From the NCBI GenBank assembly GCA_013265495.1, contig MU060807.1:428921-492920 (forward strand): a stretch of DNA of 64,000 bases. The letters run 5' to 3'. Under the pieces are notes generated by a model, which searched no databases, was not told where the DNA came from, and saw nothing but the letters and a program-made list of their open reading frames with translations. The translations under genes and the position numbers were made by a program. Shown in pieces: positions 1 to 12,259 of this stretch. The DNA is from Vicugna vicugna. Its lineage: Eukaryota. Position 1 is the stretch's first letter; each line of letters begins with the position of its first letter.

Positions 1-32
1 CCCACGCTCCCCAGCCCCGCCATCTGCACAGT

Positions 33-112
33 AGGATCACTAGCCCCGGCCTCGCAGGAGTCTGTGAAGCGAAGGATCACTAGCCCCGGCCTCGCAAGAG
101 TCTGTGAAGCAA
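33..112. repeat. Tandem duplication, 2 x 40 bp
   Basis: aggatcactagccccggcctcgca(g/a)gagtctgtgaagc(g/a)a at 33-72 and 73-112; two mismatches. Confidence 0.9.
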
Positions 113-864
113 AGGCGGTGCGTCGGCCTGTGAGCAGGGGCCCTGCGGTGAGTCCGGGCCAGTCCCCTGCAGATGCTCCTTCCCGGGGGAAGCCCAAGCC
201 CCTGCAGGGGCTGGTGAGGGTCTTCGGAGCCGGGCCCTCCCCGAGGCGAGCCTGGGGAGCAGGCGGGGGCCCTGGGCCACTCCCCACCCCCGACACCACA
301 CCCGAGCGAGCTGGGAACAGGGCCTGTGTCTTGGTTATACTGTTTGATCAAAGTGTCCTTTTCAACTCGGATTTCTTTGCTTTCACAGGGGGACAGTTTC
401 AATCGTGGCACAGGAATGTCAGAAAAACAGAAGCTGTAGCTTCCTTGATATCCCCTTGGGACCATGGGTCCTGAACGGGGGATGGAGGGCTGACCTTCAA
501 CGTGATGCCAGGCAGAGAGGCGGGAGGTGAACGGGGCTGGGTGTGGTGAGGGGCCCTACTGGGGCCTGGGTGCTTCGGCTTGGGGGCATTTGGGGTGACT
601 TTATGGGGACAGGATCGTGCCTGGATTGCCGGCACAGCCCAGTACAGGGAAGGGATCTAGGGCAGTGATTGTGACCCGGGTGGCGCAGGGGCAGCCTGGA
701 CCTTGAATGGGGAGGTGCAAGGGCATCTCCGGGAGCTGGGGGAGTGGCCGAAGGGGAGCTGCCGGCATCAAACCCCGTGGAGCCTCACTGCCTGGGCAAA
801 GCCCCGGACTTACTTCAGTGTTTCCACACCCTCACCACAGCGGCAGCTTTTTTCCCTCTCTCTC

Positions 865-1130
865 TTCTTTAGATTGCAGTTAATACATCTGATACGATTT
901 ACCATCTTAACCGCTTCAAAGTGACTCATTCAGTAGCGTTTAGTACATTGACAGTGTTCTGCAGTCATCACCCCTGTCTTGCTCCAGAACGCTTTCATCT
1001 CCCTGAAATAAGCCTGTACCCATAAGAAGTCACCCCCATCCTGAAGTTCTAATCTTTTCATGTGATTATTTGTATCTGTGTATCTTCTTTGATAAGGTGT
1101 CTGTTTGGAACTCTGGCCCAGTTTTTAATC
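865..1130 (-). mobile_element. Old L1 (L1M-type) 3' fragment
   Basis: T-rich start then accatcttaacc...ttcagtagcgtttagtacatt, typical antisense L1M 3' UTR. Confidence 0.6.
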
Positions 1131-1164
1131 GAGAGGAGAAATCTTTTGGAACTTGATGTATTTT

Positions 1165-1620
1165 TAAAAAGCCGCAGCCACACTGTGTATAATTCCATGT
1201 CTATGAAATGCCCAGATCAGGCAAATCCACAGAGACAGAGTCATTACTGAGTAGCTGCGGGGGCTGGGGGAGGAGGGATGGGAGTGGCTTGCAATTTACT
1301 AAGTGAAGGAAGCCAGTTTGAGAAGGCAGCTGTTTGGTTCCAACTATGGGATATTCTGGAAAAGGCAAAACTATGGAGACAGTAAGAAGATCAATGGTCA
1401 CCAGGCTTAGGGAAGAGGGAGGGTGATGCACAGGATTTTTAAGGCATTGAAACTACTCCGTTACTATGGTGATGGACATGTGCCATCATACGTGTGTCCA
1501 GACCCATAGACTATACACCCCACCAAGATGAACCTTTACGTGGACTGTGGACTTCAGTTATTAAGAACAACATATCAGTATTGATTCATCAGTTGTAGAA
1601 AATGACCCACAGGAATTCAA
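1165..1620 (+). mobile_element. Old L1 (L1MB/MC-type) 3' UTR fragments
   Basis: aggcaaatccacagagacaga... and attctggaaaaggcaaaactatggagacagtaa...agacccatagact motifs. Confidence 0.7.
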
Positions 1621-3539
1621 GATGTTAATTCGTTTTCCCAGTTTTATTAAGACGCATGTAACTGCCCTTCAAAACTAGAAATAACAAACTCTCTCCAGAG
1701 CACAGGATCCTGCTGGTTTGGTATGCCCGGGCAGGCTTCTCACAGGTAAGTGCACCATTTTTCTGTGGTTTTAAATAAGATCAGTGCTGACTCCAGCATC
1801 CCCACCCCACCCCGTTTCTAGCTCTCTGTCTCTGGAGCCGAGCTTCGTGCATCCCAGTCACCTGGGGGTAAATGCAGGTTCTCAAGGGGCCAAAGGGTGG
1901 GGCTGGAGAGTCGTGATTTCCATCTGTTTCGCAGGTGACCTGGTGAGAGGACCACCCTTCAGGTAGGAGGCTCTAAGGTCTGAAGACCTTAAAGTAAAGC
2001 TTCGTAATTAAAGTGGCCCCTTGAGGGGCTGAACCAGCAGCATTTGGTACGTTAGGAAATCAGCTTCCAAACCTGGCTCCACTGATTACAAAGTGGGCGG
2101 GGCCCTGAGAAAGTTCCAGACCCCTCTGAGAACCATAAGGGAATGCTTTTGGATTTCAGCACTTCCGCGTTCAATTCAGAAAGCCTCAAGTCCTGGGAGC
2201 CCCCTCGGGGCCAGGCACGCGGGACGGCCGGCTGCCTGGGATGATTCTCGGTGCTTCCGCACCAGCAAAGACAGATGGAGGTAAAAGGACAGTTTCTTAT
2301 TGCTTAAGAAGCCTTCAGGGATGGAGGCCAGACTGGAGGGACCGTGGCGTGGGTGACAAATCCCCTAGTCGCCGCCGAGACGAGAGGGGCGTCAGGAGAG
2401 GTGTTTGCAGAATCGGATTCCACTGGGGTGTCCGCAGCCCCACCGGGGGCTGGGAGCCACCCTGCTTCCCAGATAGGCTGCCCCTACCCCTGTCGTCTGG
2501 GGCTGCAGGGACAGCCTGGTCACGGAGGAATGCATGTCCTTGGGGTAGATTTAGCGACAGACCGGCTGTTCACACCACAGGCAGGAAATTTCATTTCCAG
2601 ACCTCGTTCAAATTCTTCTTTCCTGACTCACTACATTCAAAGCACATGTCGTTTTGCAGACAAAGCCGAGAAGGCCTTCCAGTGGAGGCCCAGTCCCCTG
2701 TCCCTCGGCTCCCTCTCCCTCCCTCCCCTGAAGTTTGTAATTAAACTTGAATCTCAGTCAATCAGGACGATAGGGCCTGGGGACGCGGGACATGCCGGAG
2801 TGGTGGGGCTGCTTCAGTGGGAAAGCCGTGGTCTTGCAGCTTTTCCCCGCTGTTTCCGCTCCCAGGCATTAATTTAGGGCAATTGACTTTCATCTTGGAG
2901 ACTTTTTTTTCCCGGTGTGGGATATGATAAACTAAGTCAATGAAGAGATTATAACCGTTTAATTTTTTTTTAATATTCCAAAGAAAAGGGCTCTTTGTCC
3001 TTTTAAGAAAGAAATAGTTGCTCTTTCCAGGTTGCAGGTAGAAGTTGAGCTGTAATCTTTTGGAAGCTGTTGCAGGGGTGCTGGGTCCTTTAAGGCAGCC
3101 TGTCCTTGACCGCCCCCGCCTCCCACATACAAAGGGCGCCCCAGTGGACCAAGTGGTTGAGGGGCAGTTGGAGCAGAAGAGGACGGGCAGGGGTGGGGCT
3201 GGACTGGCCCAAGGGCAGCAAGGCTCTCCTGTAAGGGGCACCGACCCTCCTGGACCAGACCCCAGGGGAGCTCTGAACACCTGGGCACTTGGCCCTGAGC
3301 CCCTGGAGGTGGGGCCAGAACTGAGTTCGGGCAGCTCGCCAGGTGATCCCTCTCCGCAGCCCCCCGGAGAACCACTACTTTAGATCACCTGCTCCTCGGG
3401 TAGCCAGTGGGGCTCATCGCAGGGCATTCAGGCCCTGCGGGTGGGTTCCCAGAACCGGAACCGTGTATGCGCAGGAGGGCCCGATAGCTCAGCATAGTTG
3501 GCTACTTCAAGTGAATTTTGTCGAAACAGAGACCACAAT

Positions 3540-3640
3540 TTTACTCAAGTTCTCGACCTTCAGCGTGCATTAGCATCTCCTGGGGGCCTCTTAAAATTCC
3601 AGTGGCTGCCCCGCGCCATTCCCCGCACTGCACTGTATTT
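3540..3640. mobile_element. hAT-Charlie MITE remnant (MER5-like)
   Basis: gttctcgaccttcagcgtgcattagcatctcctgggggcctcttaaaattccc. Confidence 0.5.
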
Positions 3641-4199
3641 CCTGCTTAGCAGGGCGGGGCAGCCCCCCTAGCCCTGCGTCCGTAGCATGCTCCCAGGCGA
3701 TGCCGACGGTGTGGTCCAGGGACCCGCTGTGAGGACTGAGGTCTAAAGAGTAGAACAAAAACAAAAGGCTTGATTGAACCGTTTTTTAAAAAAGAAAAGT
3801 GAAAGTTACAGAGGGTTTCTTTCAGCTCACGTTTGATAAACACACAGATTGCAGGTGCCATATGTTCTTAGAATAAAGAATGCGTTGAGTGTGCATGTAA
3901 CGAGGTGAGGGGAAGGGCCAGGAGGCGAGGGCAGCCTAGGGTGCTCCCTGGGTTGGCTGGGCTGAGACCTGGACCAGCGAGTGTCAGAGATGGACTGGCA
4001 TCATCCGCAGTGGTTTTGATGGACTGTGGGAGCTGGCAGGAGGGACGGGACACAGGTCCTGGATGAATCAGAAGTCTAAGTGCCTGGCGTTGGGTTTTGA
4101 TTGCTGGGCATCCGTTTCAGAAGACGTCTGTCGTGAACGAACATACAGCCAGCTGCACGACACAACACGTGCACAATAGCCAGGCGGGGATCTCGGCCC

Positions 4200-4940
4200 T
4201 CACACCCATGAAGCTCCTGGTCCAGAAGGCCCCAGGGGACCTAAATGACTGGGCGCGTAGTGACCCCACCTCCAGTCTCCTGCACCCTAATTTTCGCTTC
4301 TATGCTTTGAGCCTGTGAGTGACCCCTTGAAACCCCAGACATCCCTCCCTCAGACCCTAATAAGGGCAGAGCTGGGGGTCACCTCTCTCTCCCTCTACCG
4401 TTACCAAGTCCAAACTCATTCTGCTCGCTGCCCGACAGGCCAGGAAATTGGAAGACGAGGTGTTGGGGCAAGGGATAACGACCTTTTATTCCTGGAGAAC
4501 CATCTTCCTCAAGTCAGAATTCAGGCTCCTTTTATACCAAAAAGGGGAGGGGCGTGGTTGTTTGCTGTAATCTTCTTGGTGTCAGAATCCTTTGTTCTTG
4601 CAGCTATCCGCACAGGTCAGGTCGTGGCGTCCCTGTAAACTGCCAACAAGACAAACTTATTTTCTATCTGCAGTTTTGTGTCTCTGTCTGAACGGGACAG
4701 TGTTGTGCCCTTAAAGGTCGGAGCTTTGGGGATGGGCTCTCCTGTATTTTTCAGGCTACAGGCAACATCCTTCTACAAAAAGTGCAGAACCAGCAGGCAG
4801 CAGAGTACAGGGTTAGAGCCAAAGGAACAGATCCAGTATGGAGTCGGATGTGTTCCTCCCTACCACACCACCACTTTGTTGTGTGGTCCCAGGCGTGCCC
4901 TGTACCCTCCACGGCCCATGAGGAATAAGCCTTGTTCCCT
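4200..4940 (+). mobile_element. Older ERV solo LTR, split by a younger LTR (parts ~4200-4398 and ~4868-4940)
   Basis: gaaaccccagac...accctaataagggcagagctgggggtcacctctctctc resumes after the insert as ttgtgtggtcccaggcgtgccctgtaccctcc...gaggaataagccttgtt. Confidence 0.55.
4399..4867 (-). mobile_element. ERV1-class solo LTR (artiodactyl type)
   Basis: gttaccaagtccaaactc...gagacgaggtgttggggcaagg-like opening; minus-strand TATAAAAG at 4536-4529 and AATAAA at 4490-4485; flanks ctac/ccac resemble a 4-bp TSD. Confidence 0.7.
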
Positions 4941-4989
4941 GACCACCAGAGCTATGGGGAGGGAACCCTCTGTCTGGAGCCCTGGCTGC

Positions 4990-5400
4990 TCCCTAGACCA
5001 GAGCCCCTCATCAGGCCAGAGCCAAGCAAAGGCCGTCCTCGACCAAACCTTAAACACGTGTCCCCCAGAGCCCTCTTGTCGGCAGGGCTGGTCCCAGGCT
5101 GGCTAAGGGCCCGGCTAAGCCAGTCTCAGCAGGGAACCCGGCTAAGTCACCCCTCCTTGGCACCTGCCCGAGCTCCTCGCCTTCACCTTTGATGTCTGCT
5201 CCTTAGCCTGCCTTTAACGAGGATCCTCCCCCCGGTGTCTCCTGTTAGTAATTTTCCACCCACAGCCGCCCTCACTGCTGCCGGCTGTAAACCCCCAGCT
5301 GGGTCTGCTGCTCGCACACAGCTCCTCCCTCCACCAATCACAGCAAGACCCAAAACAAGCCGCTCTGTCACCTCTAATTGGCTTGCGGCTGCTTTGCCCT
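4990..5400 (+). mobile_element. ERV1 (MER4-group-like) LTR remnant
   Basis: ctgttagtaattttccacccac...ccggctgtaaacccccagct, the degenerate TATA region typical of these LTRs. Confidence 0.5.
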
Positions 5401-7317
5401 TTGACCCTGAGGCGCACCTGTTAAATACCGGCTTCCACCCATTGCCCGCTTCTCTGCTCCCTGCCTGCGAGGTCTTCCACTAGCCCGCCCCGTTTCCCAG
5501 CCTGGGTGGCACGTCCCTGCCTTGTGCGGGCCTCACCTCAGGGCGCCGCGGTGCCCAGTGTAGCAGTGACCTTCAGAGATGTCTCTCTGGCCACACTGCC
5601 ATCCTCCTGGAGCCTGAGGCCCCTGCTGGGCTAGCCTGGCCGACAGGGTTCTGCTCTTTCTGCCCAAGGCCAGGAGCAAGGACGTGCCTGGGCAGAGGAC
5701 AAAGCCGCCTGCCCTCCTGTCCCCTCTGCCAAGAGCTCAGCGTGCGGACATGTGGCTGGGCCAAAGTAGACACAAGGAGGCTGTGTGTGGTGGGGGCGGG
5801 GACGAGACCCAGATGGCCCAGCCTCCCACGCACCGCGAGCACCCCCACAGGAGAACCAGCCTGCAGTTGTATGTAATGACGGTTCACGTCGGTTGGAAGC
5901 TTGTCTTCCGAGTTGATTCAGCAGGAGCAAGAGCCTCCAGGGGACTGTAAGTAGCGGGTAAGCCTTTCGGCTGGTCCCCCACGGCCGTGACTGTCAGAGC
6001 CCGGGAAGCGAGTAAAGCACGTGCCTCGGCTGGTGGCCCCGGCGGGGCGGGCAGTGGCCAGCCAGCCACTGCTGCACAAGGACACGCTGAAAGCTAACTG
6101 CGCCACCTGACCACGGGGGCCCTGCCCTGTTGTCTTTGCTCAGGTGGGGCCTTGGGTGTGACCCGCTGGGAAGCCCCTTCCTCCGCATCACTCCTGAGTG
6201 TCCCCTCCGCGCCGGGCAGGGCGTCCGCCTCGAGCCCCAGGCTGTGACATGATGGGCAGGGAGTTGTCTGCCCAGCTCCCCTTGCCGCGACCATCATTTC
6301 ACCTGAGGTTTGGCTCCCTGTGTCCTGGAACACATAGACCCCGGGAAGCACAGTTTTGGTGGAAGTTAAGTCAGCTAAAACCTTGATCTAAGGTTTCAAG
6401 CTCCTCTGAAAAGTGATAGAGCTTCAAGGAAAGAAGGGTGTCGTGCTTGACTAAGCCTGAGGAAACGCCAGTTTAGATGAGATTGAACAGTCTTTGCAGC
6501 AGGACCTCTCAGAGCCTTTGTTCCTTCAGAGATCATGGCCGAAGGCCTGCCTTGGCCCGGGATGGGGCCAGGTTGTGGGGGAGCAGTGCTCTTCAAAAGG
6601 GCTGGAACTGGGGAACCGGGGAGGCAGAAAATGGATGCCTAATTATGTGACTGACTAATTGCAGCTGTGTGCACGTGAGAGCGGGCAGTGCGCCTGCGCG
6701 ATTCCGTGCCCGGCAGGACGGCCCTCTGGGGAGCAGGTGTCTTGAGTTTGCTGAAAGTAAGCAAAGCAAGTGTGGCTGGAGCTTGTGGGGGGCAGGGGGT
6801 GGAGACTGCGGGCGTGGTATGAGCCAGGCAGGGGTCATAGCCTCCGAAGCCCTTCGAGGTTTATTTGGATTTTTATCCCAAGAGCAATAGGAAGCTGCTA
6901 ATGGCTTTTAAGCAGGTGTTGACAGTTGTCTTTGGAAAGATGCTCTGAGACGTGCCCCTGGGGACAAGACTGGGTGTGGACAAGGCCTGGGGGTGGGGGA
7001 GGGTAACAGCGGCTTGGACTAGAGAGCAGTAGCCATGGAGGAAGGTGGACCAGGTCAGAGATGCCGCGGAGGCAGAACTGGTTGTGTCCAACCAGCACCT
7101 CGCTAGTCCCTGAGCAGCTGGTGGGTGACCCACTGGGTCGCGGAATCCTAAAGGAAGGCCAGGTGTGTGGGGAGGGGGGCGGGGGAGAGTTCAGTTTTCT
7201 GCCCTCTGACTTTTGAGGTGCTGCTTCCAAGTAGGAGCCGGAAGCTCCGAGTTTGGTCTAGGCCAGCATGAGGGAGCACCCTGGTTACTGTGCACGTGTC
7301 CCCTTCACTTAGTCACC

Positions 7318-7773
7318 TGTCAGTTAAAAACAGAACCAAACCCACGGTGTAAGAACTGAGAGCTGAGTTTGTTCCGTCTTATTCGGAGGACCGTCACTCA
7401 GGGACAGCCTGTCAGATGGCTCCGAGACACCATTCCAAAGACGTAAGGGAGGAGCCGGGATAGGTGTGAATCTTTTGCTGGGAAAAAAAAACAACACACG
7501 TAGTCAAACATCAAAAGATTACTGCTAATTACAAAGGACAGACATCTCGAGTTTATGGTTTTAGTGCTTTCTACGTGTGGGAAGATGCAAGGATCTGGGG
7601 TCACTGAAATCTTCCCTTCTATCTAAGGGGGCTGGTATCCAAGGTGCAGAAAGCTTCCTGGTTCTCTCCATCCTGAATTCCCCTCAGGTGCGCCGTTGGT
7701 GGGCAACTGCGGCGGCTAAGGGCTTGAACCTTGTAGAGCTGGAAAGGCAGGCAACCTTCTCCTTTTCTTTACA
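7318..7773 (-). mobile_element. ERV solo LTR (artiodactyl type)
   Basis: TG...CA termini; gtaagggaggagcc...catcaaaagattactg...gggaagatgcaag...ttctctccatcctgaattcccctcagg. Confidence 0.7.
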
Positions 7774-7890
7774 AGCCCAGCCCTCCAAGTCCGGGGGGCA
7801 CATGGACGCTAGGAAGGGACTACACTTCCCAGCTTCCCTTGCAGCTGGGTGGCCACGTGACCAGGCAGCGGCCAATAGGATGTGAGCAGG
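7774..7890. mobile_element. MaLR (MLT1-like) fragment
   Basis: cccagcttcccttgcagctgggtggccacgtgacc...ggccaataggatgtgagcag. Confidence 0.55.
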
Positions 7891-9078
7891 GGAGCCTGGG
7901 TGCCCTCTTGACCAGTCACTGAATACAGGCCCCTCCCTCCAGCCCAGCTCCTCCTCTTCCCAGGTTCAGTGGGTGGAGAGAGAGCGGAGAGAGTGTCTTC
8001 ATGGAAAGAAAGCAATGGAGACCGACATTCCAGGCAACTCTTTAGGGTGGCAGCCGAGGGAATGGAGATGGAGTTGCAGGGTGAGCTGGAGGAGGACTTT
8101 CCTCTAAGATGTAGTGGCTCACTCCTGTTTCAGAGATGATGGCAGAAAAGGAGAGGTTCAAAGACAGACGGGCAGGAGGAGGGGGGCCCGGGGCACCGTG
8201 GAAGGGGAGACCTACACGAGGCAGGGCTGCCACCTCTGTTTTCGCAGGTTTGGTTGTGGACAGTTTACAAAGTTGCTTCCAGTGGCTTCTGTTTTCTTCC
8301 TGAGGTGAAAGGTGTGGTCGTCTGCCAAGGGGAGGGGAAAGGTCAGGGACATGAGAAAAATCAAGACTCAGAGGAGCTGTCCTGGAGCACAGTAGAGTGC
8401 GCTGACATAAAACATTTAATTGGAGGGAGGAAAAACCCAAAAACCCAACCACCCAGGAGCGAGCCAGGCAGTGTGTGGACCAGGTAAGTGTACAGGTGTG
8501 ACTCCGCCCCACCCCCGGCAGCCCTGAGCGTGGGCACCAGTCCAGCAGAGGGGGATGGTCAGTGTTACTGTGGAGGGTGAGGTCAGAGCAGGAGTGGTAT
8601 ACACAATGTCCCTGGGAATCCCGGAGGGAGGAGAGGAGAGGATAGTGGGGGGATGATGGAGGGGACCAGCAGAGGCAGCCCAGGAGCTGGAGGGGCCGGT
8701 TAAAGCAGGGTGTGGATGTGCGGGGAGCAACTGAGGCAGCCAAGGAGCCAGGAGCAATGAGGTCATCTCTGTGGACACTGAAGTCCCCTAGGGTAGGCGG
8801 GGAGTGAGGATGCAGAGAATACCATCTGACAGCGTCCTAGACCCCAGGCTCCTGTGTGAGTGCGGATGGCTGGGATGTGGAGGGGATGGCACAAATCTAG
8901 AGGGAAAGCCTGGGTTTCATAGTGAAGTGTGGACTTGTGTGTGTGGTAAAATGCACCGTTTTGTGCTGGTCTTAGTCTATCAATAACCAGGGTCTCGGCT
9001 GGGTAGGTCCTTGTGGTTCTCACTGTGATTACAAGGTGTCCTTCAGCGGTAATGATGGGGGGTGGGGTGCGGTGCGGT

Positions 9079-9228
9079 GGGGAGGGTGCAGCTCAGGGGC
9101 GGAGCGTATGCTTAGCATGCACGAGGTCCTGGGTTCAATTCCCACTACTGCCATTAAAAAAAGTAAATAAACCCAATTACCCCCCCGCCCCACCCACAAA
9201 GGCTAAAATACTGGGCTAAAAAAAAAAA
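9079..9228 (+). mobile_element. Camelid tRNA-derived SINE (Vic-1-like)
   Basis: ggggagggtgcagctcag...gcttagcatgcacgaggtcctgggttcaattccc (A/B boxes), aataaacc-aattacccc tail, poly-A. Confidence 0.85.
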
Positions 9229-9281
9229 GCTTTATCAGCAATCACCATCTGGAAACCTTGAAAGAATTAGAAGTCTATGGT

Positions 9282-9382
9282 GGGGAGGGTATGGGGTGTT
9301 TATGCTTAGCATGCACGGGATCCTGGGTTCAATCCCAAGTCCCTTTAAAAATAAATAAACCTAATTACCCCCCCCCAAAAAA
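9282..9382 (+). mobile_element. Camelid SINE (Vic-1-like), A box partly deleted
   Basis: ggggagggtat...gcttagcatgcacgggatcctgggttcaatccc...aataaacctaattaccccc. Confidence 0.8.
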
Positions 9383-9384
9383 GA

Positions 9385-9530
9385 GTTTATTACAAGACCT
9401 GGAAATTACACAGCACATCAGGGGCCACGCGGTGAGGTAGTGGGAGGCATGCCTGGGGCTCTGCTTTTATCGGGGTTGAGGGTGGGGGCCCAAGACTTGT
9501 CGGTCACGGGCACGTTTCTTGAAGAAACAT
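9385..9530 (-). mobile_element. ERV LTR fragment
   Basis: gcctggggctctgcttttatcggggttgagggtgggg resembles the reverse complement of the 4200-4398 LTR segment. Confidence 0.45.
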
Positions 9531-9544
9531 CTACATTCGTTACC

Positions 9545-10510
9545 CACTTTTAATTTGTTGTTTGTTTTTATTGTTGTGTTGTGCATTCTGTATATATTCT
9601 GAATGTACATCTCTTGTCAGATACGATTTGCAAACATTTTTCTCACTCCGGGGGGTTTTTCGTTTCTTCACAGTGTCCTCTGAAGCACAGAAGTTTTTAA
9701 TTCTGATGATGTCGAATTCAGCCTTTTCTTTGGTTACTTATGCTTTTGGTGTCACATGTCAGAAACCGCTGGTTTATTCAAAGTTGTGACAATCTACTTC
9801 TATGCTTTATTCTAAAGAGTTTTATAATTTGAGATCTTACATTTTGGTCTTTGATCCATTTTTGGTTAATTTTTGTAGGTGATGTGAGGTAAGGATCCAT
9901 CTTCATTCCGTTGCATGTGCTCTCATACACAGTTTGCTGAGAAGACCCTGCTTTCCCTCATTGAATCGGCTTCACATCCTTGTCTAAAATCAGTTGCCCA
10001 TGAACGTGTGTGTTTCTTTCTGGTCTCTCAATGCTATTCCATTGATCCATACGTCTGCCCTTAGGGCAACAGCCCTCGGTCTTGATTATGTAGCTTTGTA
10101 GCAAGTTTTGAAATTGAGAATTGAGAGTCTTCCAACTTTGTTCTTTTTCAAGATTGTTCTGGCTGTTGGCTTGGTCCCTCGTGGTTCCCTACGAAATTGA
10201 GAAGCAGCTTTTCCACTTCTGCGAAAAGGGAGCTGGGATTTTGACAGGGGTTTTGTTAAGCCTGTAGATTGACTTGAATTGTCGTCTGAACAATACTAAG
10301 GTTTCCGATCCATGGACGTGGGACGTCCGGCCATGTATTTGTCTTCAGTTTCTAATGATGTGTTGTCTCCAGTGCATAAGTCTTGCGCTTCTTTGTAAAG
10401 TAATTTATTCCTAAGTATTCTCGCTGCTGCTGTTGTAAGTGGAGTTGTTTTGATTCTGTTGTAGACAGGAATTGCTTTCTGAATTTCATTATCAGGTTGC
10501 AATGAGTATT
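9545..10510 (-). mobile_element. L1 ORF2 fragment (old L1M)
   Basis: Antisense ORF2 motifs (gatacgatttgcaaac, tttgatccatttt, ttgattatgtagctttgtagcaagttttgaaatt); ORF track MQPDNEIQKAIP is L1 RT-like. Confidence 0.8.
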
Positions 10511-10699
10511 ATACTAGGGTGAGCCAGGATGCGTGTGACTCTGAAAGATGAAAGGTATATAAAAACGAAGGGATGAAATAATTATTATTTAATCTAGAAG
10601 GCAGGAAAGGAAAGGGCATCTAAAAGAGGCTTTTGACAAGCACTGAAGAAAATAGATTTAAATCCCAATATATTAGTAATTTCATGAAATGAAATGAAA

Positions 10700-10755
10700 T
10701 GCTCTGGTTTCAAAGGCAAAGTGTGTTCAATCCAAGAGCCTTTCCGCCGTGGCAG
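10700..10755 (+). other. Candidate non-coding first exon of DNAH17 (5' limit unknown)
   Basis: Exon 2 has an acceptor 18 nt upstream of the ATG, so a 5' UTR exon must exist. CAG|GTAATG at 10755/10756 is a good donor about 2.3 kb upstream, just past an L1 relic. Confidence 0.3.
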
Positions 10756-11539
10756 GTAATGGACCGTTGTTCACTTGCTGTGCTGCCCACTGGTCACTCA
10801 GCCTTGAGGAGAAGGTTCCAGAAGCCCCAGGGGAACTTGCAGAAGTTCCGTGGCAGTTGGTGCCCCTCGAGGGAAGGGAGCCATCTCTGTTACTGGTCTG
10901 GGGAGAAGCTGCCTATCACTTGGCTCTGCTCACTGCTGGGGCGGCTGTTACCTGGCCGTGAGTTGTCTCGGGGTGCTCGGAGGCAAGGCTGCAGTGGCTC
11001 CAGAGGGCAGAGGTGGGCCCCAGGCCTCGGTGGAGGGTGCTCTGCTCCCTGCTTGGGGCTGCTCAGGGGTCTGCCCACAGCTGGCCAGGCCCCTCCCCGA
11101 GGTCTGTCTCCCTGGTGTCCTCACTCCAGACTACTCTCAGCCCACTGACTTCCCCCAGAGCTCCCAACCCTGGCTTCTCCTGGGAAGTCCCAAGGGCCCA
11201 GCATAGGGCCACCTTCTCAAGAAGTGGTCCCCGTGCCCCCACACGGCCGTATTTGCCCTCCTCCAGAACTGTCGTCATGGGACCACGCTATTAACTGGGA
11301 CCTCCTGGCCTGCCCCCAACATCTGGCTGGATGGGGATTTGAGTAAGAGCAGCCAATTAGGAGAGAGACCTGGGGGGCATCGGGGCCTCTCAGGCCACGT
11401 GCTCAGGAGGGAGCCCACCCGGCACCATGCTTGGAAGAAAAGCTGATTTTGTAGGAGCCTCATCTACAAAGCCAGTGCGCCAGAGCATGCCCCCTTAAAG
11501 TCACGCCTGGCGAACCTCGAAGTCCTCAGGCTCCCCCTG

Positions 11540-11670
11540 CATCCCTGCTCCCTCGTCTGTAGGATGAGGACAGCGATGTTGGCTCAGACAGCCCGTGGGG
11601 GGACATTTGGCAGCATGTGCAAATCTCTTAGGGGTGCCTGGTACACAGTCGGGGCTCCATAAATGCAGAG
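11540..11670 (+). mobile_element. MIR fragment
   Basis: cctcgtctgtaggatgaggacag...gtgcctggtacacagtcggggctccataaatg. Confidence 0.55.
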
Positions 11671-12259
11671 GTGACTGGTGTGTCCCTCCTCATTCCCAGA
11701 CGTGCCAGCGGCAGGTGGGCTTCACTCACTGGCCACCAGAGCTCCTGTGGGTCATGGTATCTGTTTTCCCCAAGTTTTCTCACAGAGAAATGTGACGCTC
11801 TGAACAAATCCCAGACCGTGGGAATAACCCGCATTAGGCCACTGCCTCTGGTCATAGAGCTGTAACACAGTGGACAGGATGAAATGTTTGTGGCGTGTGG
11901 GGGACTGCAGAGCGGAACCCTTTCAAAAGCAGTAGCTACGGTCAAACAAAAGCTGGACTCTGTGAGTCCGCCAGGCACAAGCGTGGCGCCACCGGCGGGT
12001 CTGCAGCAGGAGAAAGCTCCTAAGCGTTGTGCTGGAGCAGTGACAGCTGCTGGGCTGTCTCTCCCGGTCACCCGCGGTCCCCAGGCCCCCCAAAAAGCCG
12101 AGCCTCCCCAGGCTCCCCCAGAAATCTAGGAGCTGCCTGCCTCCTAGGCTGTAATTAATAAAAGCCAGCATCAGCTTCAAAAGTTCATGCAACCGAGCAA
12201 AGACAGGTCCAGCCCTGCAGAACCCACTCCCTTACCTCCCCCAGTCCTCTCAGCAGAGC

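Noticed and set aside
2731-2748. aagttt-gtaatt-aaactt inverted repeat
   Set aside because: Only a 6-bp AT-rich stem; expected by chance.
8042-8743. 233-aa - strand ORF
   Set aside because: Pro/Ser/Leu-rich translation of purine-rich low-complexity and repeat-like DNA.
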